A stretch of 12,021 nt of DNA from Okeania sp. (GCF_035285525.1 NZ_JAYKGW010000094.1:1-12021), one strand, 5' to 3'. Positions 1 through 7,075 are shown, numbered from the stretch's first letter. The notes: generated by a model from the letters alone, not told the origin. Program-made: numbers and translations.

Positions 1-305
1 TCTCTTGCAGAGACAGGGGAGTCTTTCTCCCCCCTTCTCTTGCAGAGAGAGGGGAGTCTTTCTCCCTCTTCCCTTGCAGAGAGAGGGGAGTCCTTCTCCC
101 CCTTCTCTTTCAGTCTTTCTCCCCCTTCTCTTGCAGAGAGAGGGGAGTCCTTCTCCCCCTTCCCTTTCAGTCTTTCTCCCCCCTTCTCTTGCAGAGAGAG
201 GGGAGTCTTTCTCCCCCTTCCCTTGCAGAGAGAGGGGAGTCTTTCTCCCTCTTGTCTTGCAGAGAGAGGGGAGTCTTTCTCCCCCTTCCCTTGCAGGGAA
301 GGGGG
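1..305. repeat. Tandem array of a ~34-bp hairpin-forming unit (approx. consensus CTTGCAGAGAGAGGGGAGTCTTTCTCCCCCTTCC), truncated by the left window edge
   Basis: CTTGCAG recurs at 4, 39, 73, 130, 188, 222, 256 and 290. Spacing is 34-35 bp, or 57-58 bp where a partial TTTCAGTCTTTCTCCCCC half-unit is intercalated. Each unit carries GGGGAG-TCTTT-CTCCCC. The last unit forms a perfect 11-bp stem, CCCCCTTCCCT / AGGGAAGGGGG (281-305). Confidence 0.9.
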
Positions 306-390
306 TTGGGGGGTTAGGTTTTCACTCCCCACAACCGGCCTGTAGGGTGTGTTTTCCTCACTTGAGAACATGAAACTGCGCGACATGAAA

Positions 391-438
391 AGGAGTAACG
401 CACCAATACTCCTTATGTAGTGCCTTTGCGTAAGTCCT
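391..438. repeat. Small palindromic dispersed element (AGGAGTAACGCA ... TGCGTAAGTCCT)
   Basis: The termini are imperfect inverted repeats. There is an internal perfect 7-bp stem, AGGAGTA (391-397) / TACTCCT (407-413). A related TTTGCGTAAG(C/T)CC terminus recurs at 11391-11404. Confidence 0.6.
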
Positions 439-451
439 GATTCTGATTCTT

Positions 452-476
452 CCCTACTCCCTACTCCCTACTCCCT
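452..476. repeat. Heptamer tandem repeat (CCCTACT) x ~3.5, STRR-type
   Basis: Direct reading gives CCCTACTCCCTACTCCCTACTCCCT. It is the reverse complement of the array at 915-937. Confidence 0.95.
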
Positions 477-485
477 ATTTTTTGA

Positions 486-497
486 TAGAATAAATAT
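486..497 (+). promoter_or_regulatory. Possible -10 region for rnpB (TAGAAT / TAAATAT)
   Basis: Two overlapping -10-like hexamers lie 8-19 nt upstream of the predicted mature 5' end. No convincing -35 element is present. Confidence 0.25.
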
Positions 498-504
498 CCA
501 ATAG

Positions 505-898
505 GGAAAAAGTAGGTGAGGCGGTTGCGGATTCAATATTTGAGTCTGAGGAAAGTCCGGGCTCCCGAAAAACCAAGCTTGCTGGATAACGCCCAGTGCG
601 AGTGATCGTGAGGATAGTGCCACAGAAAAATACCGCCCTGTTTTTCAGGGTAAGGGTGCAAAGGTGCGGTAAGAGCGCACCAGCAGTGTCGTGAGGCACT
701 GGCTAGGTAAACCCCGGCGGGGAGCAAGGTCGGAGGAACAATGGTTGGTTTTTTTCCAGTTCCGTTGCACTATAGATTTGTCTATGGTGTTAGGTGTACC
801 GCAAGAGGTGCCTGGTGACAGGCATCCCAGATAGATAACTGCCCTCTTAACTGGTTTCAGGTAAGAGAACAGAACCCGGCTTACTTCCTGCTTTTTCC
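505..898 (+). ncRNA. rnpB: RNase P RNA, bacterial type A (cyanobacterial)
   Basis: The universal P4 strands are present: GAGGAAAGTCCGGGCTCC (548-565) and ACAGAACCCGGCTTA (869-883). The conserved core blocks GATAACGCCCAGTGCG, GTGCCACAGAAA, GGTAAGGGTGCAA, GTGCGGTAAGAGCGCACCAGC, GGTAAACCCCGG and CCCAGATAGATAAC are also present. The 5' GGAAAAAGTAGG pairs with the 3' CCTGCTTTTTCC as P1. Ends are accurate to about +/-5 nt. Confidence 0.95.
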
Positions 899-912
899 TT
901 ATTTTTTGAAGA

Positions 913-997
913 TTAGGGAGTAGGGAGTAGGGAGTAGTTAAGAATATAGCTTTATAAATTAGGGAGTAGGGAGTAGTTAAGAATATAGCTTTATAAG
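913..997. repeat. Tandem duplication (46 + 39 bp), each copy starting with AGGGAGT heptamers
   Basis: Copy 1 (913-958) is TTAGGGAGTAGGGAGTAGGGAGTAGTTAAGAATATAGCTTTATAAA. Copy 2 (959-997) is TTAGGGAGTAGGGAGTAGTTAAGAATATAGCTTTATAAG. The copies differ by one heptamer. Confidence 0.9.
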
Positions 998-1074
998 TAG
1001 GGTGAGCTGAATAAATATCAAAGTTTTTATTTGTAAAGGTTTCAGCCTTTTTGTAGCCTTCTTTTTTTTTAAAT

Positions 1075-1974
1075 ATGATAATTATAAAGGATAATAATAA
1101 AAAAATATCTGAATATTTAGCTGGTAAAATACCATCAACAGAACAATTAAATACATGGATGGAATCTTTTCATACTAATGGTTTTTTAGTTATTCCTAAT
1201 GTATTAACTCCTGAAAAATGTGAATCTTTAAAAAATGACTTAGACAAAGTTTTAGATAAAACTGAAGAGGCAAAAGATGAAAGTTATAATCCACTAAAGA
1301 AAGCTTACTCATCAGTCAGAATAATGGAACGAATGTTTGAACATTCCCAAGATAATCTAGACTTGTTTACCATGGAACCAATTGTTACATTTGCAGAACA
1401 TTTAATTGGTGAAGCCAATGGAAAAGGTTACTCAAGAAATGATGGAATGCCTAATGCTAATGTTGTTCATGTTATCCATAATAATTCTTTTAAAATTCCT
1501 CCTCAAACTGATGGATTAGCAAACAATAGATGGCATCAAGATGATACACCACATATTCTTTCTCTTGATGGTAAACCTCTAACTAATATTCGGTTGAATG
1601 TTCTAGCATTTAGTGTTAATTATTATTTAACAGATGTACTATCTCCAGATAATGGACCAACCCAAGTTATTCCGGGTTCACATCTATTTGGCAAGTTTTG
1701 TGACGGTAATGTTTTAGGATATGAAGATAAAATTCATAGTTGTCTGGGAGGAATGGGTACTGCGGTTTGTTTTAACAATCAAGTTTGGCATAGAGGTTCT
1801 AGAAATTCATCTTCTGTCCCCCGCTACATTACACAAGTTACTTATGGCAAAAGATTAGTTGGACACAAGTATGCACCTTTTATGAATTATCAAATGCCAA
1901 GTCATTGTTATGAAGAAGCAGATGAAAGATTGAAGCGACTTTTGGGATTTTTACCTCATGGAGCTTATGGTTAA
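1075..1974 (+). CDS. Phytanoyl-CoA dioxygenase (PhyH) family Fe(II)/2-oxoglutarate-dependent oxygenase
   Basis: 299-aa ORF. It has the HxD motif in WHQDD and a distal His in VWHRGSRN, with spacing typical of the PhyH facial triad. The N-terminal FHTNGFLVIPNVL matches the family N-terminal motif. Substrate is unknown. Confidence 0.75.
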   Translation: MIIIKDNNKKISEYLAGKIPSTEQLNTWMESFHTNGFLVIPNVLTPEKCESLKNDLDKVLDKTEEAKDESYNPLKKAYSSVRIMERMFEHSQDNLDLFTMEPIVTFAEHLIGEANGKGYSRNDGMPNANVVHVIHNNSFKIPPQTDGLANNRWHQDDTPHILSLDGKPLTNIRLNVLAFSVNYYLTDVLSPDNGPTQVIPGSHLFGKFCDGNVLGYEDKIHSCLGGMGTAVCFNNQVWHRGSRNSSSVPRYITQVTYGKRLVGHKYAPFMNYQMPSHCYEEADERLKRLLGFLPHGAYG

Positions 1975-2217
1975 TGATAAATAATTCTTGAAATTATTCC
2001 TATTATTATTGTGGATAAAATTATAATTTACTCTACTTTGTATATCAAATTCTCTTGCTTAGGAGAGTAAGGTTCTAGTATTAGAATTAACGAAAATTTA
2101 TAGTTTGTAAAGGGTTTGGAGACTAAACCCCTACTCTCTTTAATTCTACTGATACTACTGGATTTGATATAACTTCCTAAAAATTCAAAACTTGATATCT
2201 AAAATCTTATTTAAACA

Positions 2218-3048
2218 ATGCAAATAGCAGAAAAATTAACTACAGAATCTCTAGAACAACCTCTAATTATTGCTGGTAAAAAATTTTCCTCCCGTCTAAT
2301 GACAGGTACAGGCAAATATCCCACTATTGAAACGATGCAGCAAAGTATAGAGGCTAGTGGATGTGAAATTGTGACTGTAGCAGTACGACGGGTACAAACT
2401 CAAGCTCCTGGTCATGAAGGGTTGGCAGAAGCTATAGACTGGAAAAAAATTTGGATGTTGCCTAATACTGCTGGCTGTCAAACGGCTGAGGATGCAGTTC
2501 GGGTAGCTAGGTTGGGTAGAGAAATGGCCAGATTGTTGGGTCAAGAGGATAATAATTTTGTCAAATTAGAGGTTATTCCTGACCCTAAATATTTACTGCC
2601 AGACCCCATTGGCACTCTACAAGCGGCAGAACAATTAATTAAGGAAGATTTTGTGGTACTACCTTATATTAATGCTGACCCACTTCTGGCCAAAAGATTG
2701 GAAGAAGTTGGTTGTGCTACAGTTATGCCTTTGGGGTCGCCCATAGGTTCAGGTCAGGGTATCCAGAATAGAGCTAATATTTCGATAATTATTGACAATT
2801 CTACTGTTCCTGTGGTAGTGGATGCAGGGATAGGAACTCCTAGCGAAGCAACTCAAGCAATGGAAATGGGAGCTGATGCTTTACTTATTAATTCGGCGAT
2901 CGCTCTAGCCAAAAGTCCACCTATTATGGCTAAAGCTATGGGCATGGCCACGGAAGCAGGACGTTTAGCTTATCTAGCTGGCAGAATACCAAAAAAAGAG
3001 TATGCAAGTGCTTCTTCTCCTATGACTGGTAGGATTAACAGCATTTAG
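2218..3048 (+). CDS. thiG: Thiazole synthase
   Basis: 276-aa ORF with the ThiG signatures [48 protein letters not shown] and [12 protein letters not shown]. It contains a HIP1 site at 2896-2903. Confidence 0.95.
   Translation: MQIAEKLTTESLEQPLIIAGKKFSSRLMTGTGKYPTIETMQQSIEASGCEIVTVAVRRVQTQAPGHEGLAEAIDWKKIWMLPNTAGCQTAEDAVRVARLGREMARLLGQEDNNFVKLEVIPDPKYLLPDPIGTLQAAEQLIKEDFVVLPYINADPLLAKRLEEVGCATVMPLGSPIGSGQGIQNRANISIIIDNSTVPVVVDAGIGTPSEATQAMEMGADALLINSAIALAKSPPIMAKAMGMATEAGRLAYLAGRIPKKEYASASSPMTGRINSI
2896..2903. repeat. HIP1 octamer GCGATCGC (others at 5488-5495 and 8684-8691)
   Basis: Exact matches, all three inside CDSs. HIP1 over-representation is a cyanobacterial hallmark. Confidence 0.9.
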
Positions 3049-3131
3049 CTGTGGTGATCGTTTCCTATATTGCCCAATTTCTGTTAATCTAGTAATGATT
3101 AAAAAATAATAAAGAAAAAGGGTCTTTAATT

Positions 3132-3305
3132 ATGCCATATACTACAGAAGAAGGCGGACGTTTAAATAATTTTGCTGAAGAGCCAAAGGTTTATCAAGCT
3201 GAGGCTCCAGATAAGAAACAACAAGTTACCTATATTATATTAGGAGCTTTAGGATTTTTATTAGTAGTTGGTTTAGTGTTTGTGGCTTTTTCTGTTTCTG
3301 CTTAA
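3132..3305 (+). CDS. psb34: Psb34 / ssl1498-family light-harvesting-like small membrane protein (57 aa)
   Basis: Hand translation gives MPYTTEEGGRLNNFAEEPKVYQAEAPDKKQQVTYIILGALGFLLVVGLVFVAFSVSA. The N-terminal EEGGRLNNFA.EPKVY motif plus a single C-terminal TM helix matches my recollection of the ssl1498/tsl0063 family. It is below the size cutoff of the supplied ORF track. Confidence 0.7.
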   Translation: MPYTTEEGGRLNNFAEEPKVYQAEAPDKKQQVTYIILGALGFLLVVGLVFVAFSVSA

Positions 3306-3370
3306 ATTTTTAGTAGAGATTATTGAGAAACTGAACTAGGTTCCTGAAGTTTTAGGGGTCTAGTTTTTTA

Positions 3371-3411
3371 CTCAGAGAAACCCGGTTTCTTTAAGAAACC
3401 GGGTTTCTGAG
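3371..3411. repeat. Long hairpin repeat (GAAACCCGGTTTCTT / AAGAAACCGGGTTTC); possible terminator after psb34
   Basis: CTCAGAGAAACCCGGTTTCTT-TA-AGAAACCGGGTTTCTGAG gives roughly 17 paired positions with one 2-nt bulge. It resembles small dispersed repeats common in filamentous cyanobacteria. Confidence 0.6.
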
Positions 3412-3511
3412 TTCATAAATTATCGGGTTTCTGTTCCCTGTTCCCTCCATACCTATTCCCTATTATTTCAAGGATTTGATATAATTAGGTCAATATTCAG
3501 CCGTCAGCGCT

Positions 3512-3540
3512 GTAGGGGGTTTGGATACCAAACCCCCTAC
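3512..3540. repeat. Perfect 13-bp stem hairpin repeat GTAGGGGGTTTGG-ATA-CCAAACCCCCTAC
   Basis: Read directly from the sequence. A degenerate relative, GGGTTTGGAGACTAAACCCCTAC, lies at 2112-2134. Confidence 0.85.
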
Positions 3541-3596
3541 TCCCAGGCTAAAACCCAAATTTTCCGGTCTTATTTAATTTGCCTTCCTTATTAATA

Positions 3597-3640
3597 TTGG
3601 GTTTCGTTCTTTAACCCAACCTACGTCTACTACGTCTACC
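3597..3640. repeat. Hairpin TTGGGTT-N9-AACCCAA followed by a direct 9-mer repeat (CTACGTCTA x2)
   Basis: Read directly from the sequence. The motif is of the AACCCAACCTAC type. Confidence 0.7.
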
Positions 3641-3663
3641 AAAAAGTTAGGATTTTAGGGAGA

Positions 3664-3695
3664 CTGATAACTAATAACTGATAACTGATAACTTA
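3664..3695. repeat. Heptamer tandem repeat (CTGATAA / CTAATAA) x4
   Basis: The array reads CTGATAA CTAATAA CTGATAA CTGATAA CTTA. It ends 17 nt upstream of the GTG start at 3712. Confidence 0.9.
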
Positions 3696-3711
3696 TCCCT
3701 TTAATAGAAAA

Positions 3712-5856
3712 GTGATAGACATTTCTGCCCCAACAATTTCTAGATTGAATCGGCAAATCTATCAACGCTTAAAACAAGCTTTATCTTTAAATTTACGCCG
3801 TCAAGTTTTTATAGCTGTATGTGATAATCAACATATCAGAGATACTATAGTTGAAAATTTACAACTAGACTTAACAAATAGGATAGATTACGCAGAACAG
3901 CAAGAAAATAATCATAAAGACATATTATTTGTTACACTCAATTTAAACTTAAATAATCCTCATCCGTTAACTCAAATTAATCAATGGTTTGCCGAAAATT
4001 ATCAATTTCAACAAACAGAAAAATATCAAATTTTAGGGTTTCAAATTATTGGCGTAGAAAACCTAACTAAACAACCTTCAGGTGTTCAATGGTCATTTAT
4101 TAGCAACCTCAAAAAAATAGCCACAAGTATATCCAAATTAGAATCCAGTATATTACTTTGGATAACTAAACCTTGGCTAAATACTATCAAACAATCAGCC
4201 CCAGAATTTTGGAATTGGCATACAGGTATATTTGAGTTTGAAGGAGACCCTACCCCCATAACTCCTACACAAAAAAAATCATCATTACCAAATCAAAAAA
4301 AGCCTTTATCTTTTTCCCCATCAATAACTAGCTTACCTGTTATTAATATAGTCAGACCATTAATGGCAGTCGAACAAAAGTCTGACACTTTTGAATTAAA
4401 AAATTCTCAACTTTATCTTCTTCCTCCAGCGCCACAAAAATTACCAGAATTAACTGCTAACTATAGCCAAAATCAAGAAAATATTCCACAGCAAAAATTA
4501 GAATTAGGGGAACTAGCAAATTTAGCATGGGCAGAAATTTCTAGAAAGTCCGGAAAAGAAAAAAATTCCTTGGAAAAACAACAAGTGAGAATTATTAGAG
4601 AAATTCAGGAGTTGAATAAATCTCAATATTCATCTCACGGATTAGCTTTAGGTTATAAAACTTTAGGAGATTTTTATCGTGACCAAGTTTTAACAGGAGA
4701 AGTTTCGGAGCCAAGTCTAATTATTGCCATTCATGCTTATGAGATGGTCATGGAGTGGATATCTCCAGATATAGAAGATACCAGCCAATTTTCTTCATAT
4801 CAAATTCCTATTCTTGACATTTTTAACGATCTTGCCACCCTATATTGGATGTTGTCTCGTCAAGTTAAATCTAGTAGTAAGTCTGATTCTTTGATTTATT
4901 TGAAGCGAAGTATTATTCTCTATCAAATGGCTATCAATGAAGTTACCAAATCTCAAAAAGATACTTACGCCAGATTACAAAAAAATTTAGGTTTAGCTTA
5001 TGCAGACTTAGCTATTTATCAGGAGGCAAAGCCGAATTGGGAAAAGTCGATTGCTGCTTATCAGGAAGCTATATTTTATCTGGATAAAGTAGCTAATGCT
5101 CAAGATTATGCTTCTACTTTAAATAATTTAGGGGCAGCTTATTGGAATTTGGCTCAACATACTCAAGGTGTTGAGCATTTACAAGGAGCAATTTTTGCTT
5201 ATCAGGAAGCTATTGATTATTTTACCCCAGAAATTGAACCTCTAAACTATGCCATGATTCAAAATAACTTAGGGATAGCTTATTGGTATTTAGCTCAATT
5301 TCAAACAGAAGAATCAGAAAGTTTACTTCTCAAATCTATTGATGCTTATTTAGTTTCCCTGGAGTATCGGACTTCAGAAAATTTTCCTCTTGCTTATGCT
5401 GCCACAAAAAATAGTTTAGGTACAGCTTATTGGCATTTAGCTAACCAATTTGAAGAATATCAAATGCGGAGCAAGCTTTTTAAGAAAGCGATCGCTGCTT
5501 ATTTGGAAGCAGTGAGTGTTGCGGAAAAGTTTTCTCCTTCTCAGCTTACTTTTGACTTATTGGCCACTCACAACAATATTGGGCTTGCTTATTATCAAGT
5601 AGCTATAGAGATAGATACCACACTAGACGGACGTAGTCAAGTTAGTAATTTAGAAGCAGCTTTAGAGCATCATTTACTAGCTCATAATGATAGACCCCAA
5701 ACTAACATTAATGAAGTGCAAATTGAGGAAGCTAGTGTTAATTATATTTTGAGAATTATTCGTACCTTTTACAGTAAGTTTGGCATCAAAGGACAAAATA
5801 TAGCTCTCTCTAAAATTCCCAGTGATTTATTGCCTAAAATTTTAGTGATGTTGTAG
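3712..5856 (+). CDS. Tetratricopeptide-repeat protein with an uncharacterised ~190-aa N-terminal domain
   Basis: 714-aa ORF. The C-terminal half has at least 5 clear TPR-like modules marked by N(N/S)LG.AYW.LA: KNLGLAYADLA, NNLGAAYWNLA, NNLGIAYWYLA, NSLGTAYWHLA and NNIGLAYYQVA. GTG at 3712 is the first canonical start after the in-frame TAA at 3682, so the start is uncertain. It contains a HIP1 site at 5488-5495. Confidence 0.75.
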   Translation: MIDISAPTISRLNRQIYQRLKQALSLNLRRQVFIAVCDNQHIRDTIVENLQLDLTNRIDYAEQQENNHKDILFVTLNLNLNNPHPLTQINQWFAENYQFQQTEKYQILGFQIIGVENLTKQPSGVQWSFISNLKKIATSISKLESSILLWITKPWLNTIKQSAPEFWNWHTGIFEFEGDPTPITPTQKKSSLPNQKKPLSFSPSITSLPVINIVRPLMAVEQKSDTFELKNSQLYLLPPAPQKLPELTANYSQNQENIPQQKLELGELANLAWAEISRKSGKEKNSLEKQQVRIIREIQELNKSQYSSHGLALGYKTLGDFYRDQVLTGEVSEPSLIIAIHAYEMVMEWISPDIEDTSQFSSYQIPILDIFNDLATLYWMLSRQVKSSSKSDSLIYLKRSIILYQMAINEVTKSQKDTYARLQKNLGLAYADLAIYQEAKPNWEKSIAAYQEAIFYLDKVANAQDYASTLNNLGAAYWNLAQHTQGVEHLQGAIFAYQEAIDYFTPEIEPLNYAMIQNNLGIAYWYLAQFQTEESESLLLKSIDAYLVSLEYRTSENFPLAYAATKNSLGTAYWHLANQFEEYQMRSKLFKKAIAAYLEAVSVAEKFSPSQLTFDLLATHNNIGLAYYQVAIEIDTTLDGRSQVSNLEAALEHHLLAHNDRPQTNINEVQIEEASVNYILRIIRTFYSKFGIKGQNIALSKIPSDLLPKILVML

Positions 5857-6157
5857 TCAAAAAATATCCCATAAAAACCATTTTATTTAGGCAAATACCA
5901 CATCTATAAATTGTGACATTTTTCTGCAAATAGGACTGAATAAAATTTAATTTTAGTAGATGACTTAGGACTTATATTGGGAACTTAGAAACGAAATTTT
6001 TCTTTGAATTTATATAGTAAAGAGCTATATTTGATCAGAATCAGAGTATTTATAAAATTATGCAAAAAAAAATTTTATGATAGAATTAAATTAAGTACAT
6101 CCTGAAAAACTAAAAATTTAGTTGTATGATAATTACACTATACTTAATATTTTTGTT

Positions 6158-6871
6158 ATGTCTTCTGCCAAAATCTTAGCTATTGATGACGATCCAGCAA
6201 TCCGAACTTTAATTCAGCGGTATTTAAGTCAACAAAACTATCAAGTAGAGTCTGCTGGAGACGGTAAAACTGCTCTAGAATTATTTAGTAAATTTGCCCC
6301 AGATTTAGTCGTTTTAGATGTAAATTTACCTGATACTACTGGTTTTAAACTTTGTCAAGAAATGCAAAAGAATACAAATGTCTTTGTTTTAATGTTGACA
6401 AGTCTTGCAGATGAAGAAAGCAAATTACAAGGTTTTGAAGGGGGTGCAGATGATTATATGACAAAACCTTTTGGTTTGATAGAATTAAGCGCTCGTGTCA
6501 GAGCTATTTTAAAGCGCCGAAAATTAGTTTTAACTCCAGAACCAAAAAACTTAAAAATTGGAGATTTAGTAATTTTTCCTCTTGGTAGAGAGGTTAAAGT
6601 TAAGGAAGAATCAATTGCTTTAACAGCATTAGAATTTGACTTACTAAACTGTTTAGCTACTGAACCTGGTCGTGTTTGGAAACGTTCAGAATTAATCCAA
6701 GAAGTTTGGAATTTTGAGTATGTTGGAGATGAACGGGTTGTGGATGTTCATATTAGTCAAATACGGAAAAAAATAGAGAAGAAAAGTGATAATTTACCTA
6801 GAATTATAACTGTTAGGGGTATTGGTTATAAGTTAGATCTTTTATCTTCTAATCAACAGAGTAAGGAGTAA
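6158..6871 (+). CDS. OmpR-family two-component response regulator (receiver + winged-helix DNA-binding domain)
   Basis: Receiver residues are intact: DDD (ILAIDDDP), the phospho-acceptor Asp in LVVLDVNLPD, T in MLTS and K in KPF. The C-terminal LT..EFDLL ... VDVHISQIRKKI ... RGIGYKL is the OmpR/PhoB winged helix. I prefer ATG 6158 (MSSAKILAIDDD) over the TTG at 6122 used by the ORF track. Confidence 0.9.
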   Translation: MSSAKILAIDDDPAIRTLIQRYLSQQNYQVESAGDGKTALELFSKFAPDLVVLDVNLPDTTGFKLCQEMQKNTNVFVLMLTSLADEESKLQGFEGGADDYMTKPFGLIELSARVRAILKRRKLVLTPEPKNLKIGDLVIFPLGREVKVKEESIALTALEFDLLNCLATEPGRVWKRSELIQEVWNFEYVGDERVVDVHISQIRKKIEKKSDNLPRIITVRGIGYKLDLLSSNQQSKE

Positions 6872-6873
6872 GT

Positions 6874-6898
6874 TAAAACCCATTTAAAATGGGTTTTA
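6874..6898 (+). terminator. Putative intrinsic terminator after the response regulator gene
   Basis: TAAAACCCAT-TTAAA-ATGGGTTTTA is a hairpin starting 3 nt after the stop codon. The T run lies inside the 3' arm, so it is only terminator-like. Confidence 0.45.
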
Positions 6899-7012
6899 GC
6901 AAGTCAAAAATCAAAATTCAGAAGGGTGGCATTATTAACTAGACATAGAACAAATATGTGGTTTAAATGCTTAAGATTTAGGGGAAAATACAGCGCTTTC
7001 CATTGTTATGAG

Positions 7013-7052
7013 GTAAAGTCGCGGGCAAGATGCCCGCACTAAAAAGCTTTAC
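7013..7052. repeat. GC-rich hairpin repeat GCGGGCA-AGA-TGCCCGC with outer GTAAAG/CTTTAC arms; possible bidirectional terminator
   Basis: A perfect 7-bp GC stem (7021-7037) sits between the convergent response regulator and sanA-like genes. The GCAAGATGCCC core resembles a common cyanobacterial small dispersed repeat. Confidence 0.5.
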
Positions 7053-7075
7053 TAGCCGTCATTATCAATTATCCA

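Noticed and set aside
1-305. Possible CRISPR array (34-bp repeats with occasional 57-58 bp spacing)
   Set aside because: Units abut each other with no unique spacers. The apparent spacers are partial copies of the repeat itself, and no cas genes or leader are visible.
5-373. Two overlapping plus-strand ORFs (5..373 and 40..345) with repetitive SLSPP/REGS-type translations
   Set aside because: They are translations of the 34-bp tandem array. The periodic low-complexity peptide, the two frames being open at once and the lack of a start context all indicate repeat artefacts rather than genes.
475-727. Minus-strand ORFs 475..699 and 533..727
   Set aside because: They lie antisense to the unambiguous RNase P RNA gene. 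The relatively GC-rich structured RNA keeps the frames open by chance.
1975-2217. TPP riboswitch upstream of thiG
   Set aside because: I looked for the conserved CTGAGA and ACCTGATCTGGATAATGCCAGCG-type elements and found neither. The region instead contains small repeat motifs.
2296-2544. Minus-strand 82-aa ORF inside thiG
   Set aside because: It is a shadow ORF antisense to a strongly supported ThiG coding frame. It has no recognisable motifs.
6122-6157. TTG start extending the response regulator by 12 codons (MYDNYTILNIFV)
   Set aside because: The extension is not part of a receiver domain. ATG at 6158 gives the canonical short N-terminus before the ILAIDDD strand.
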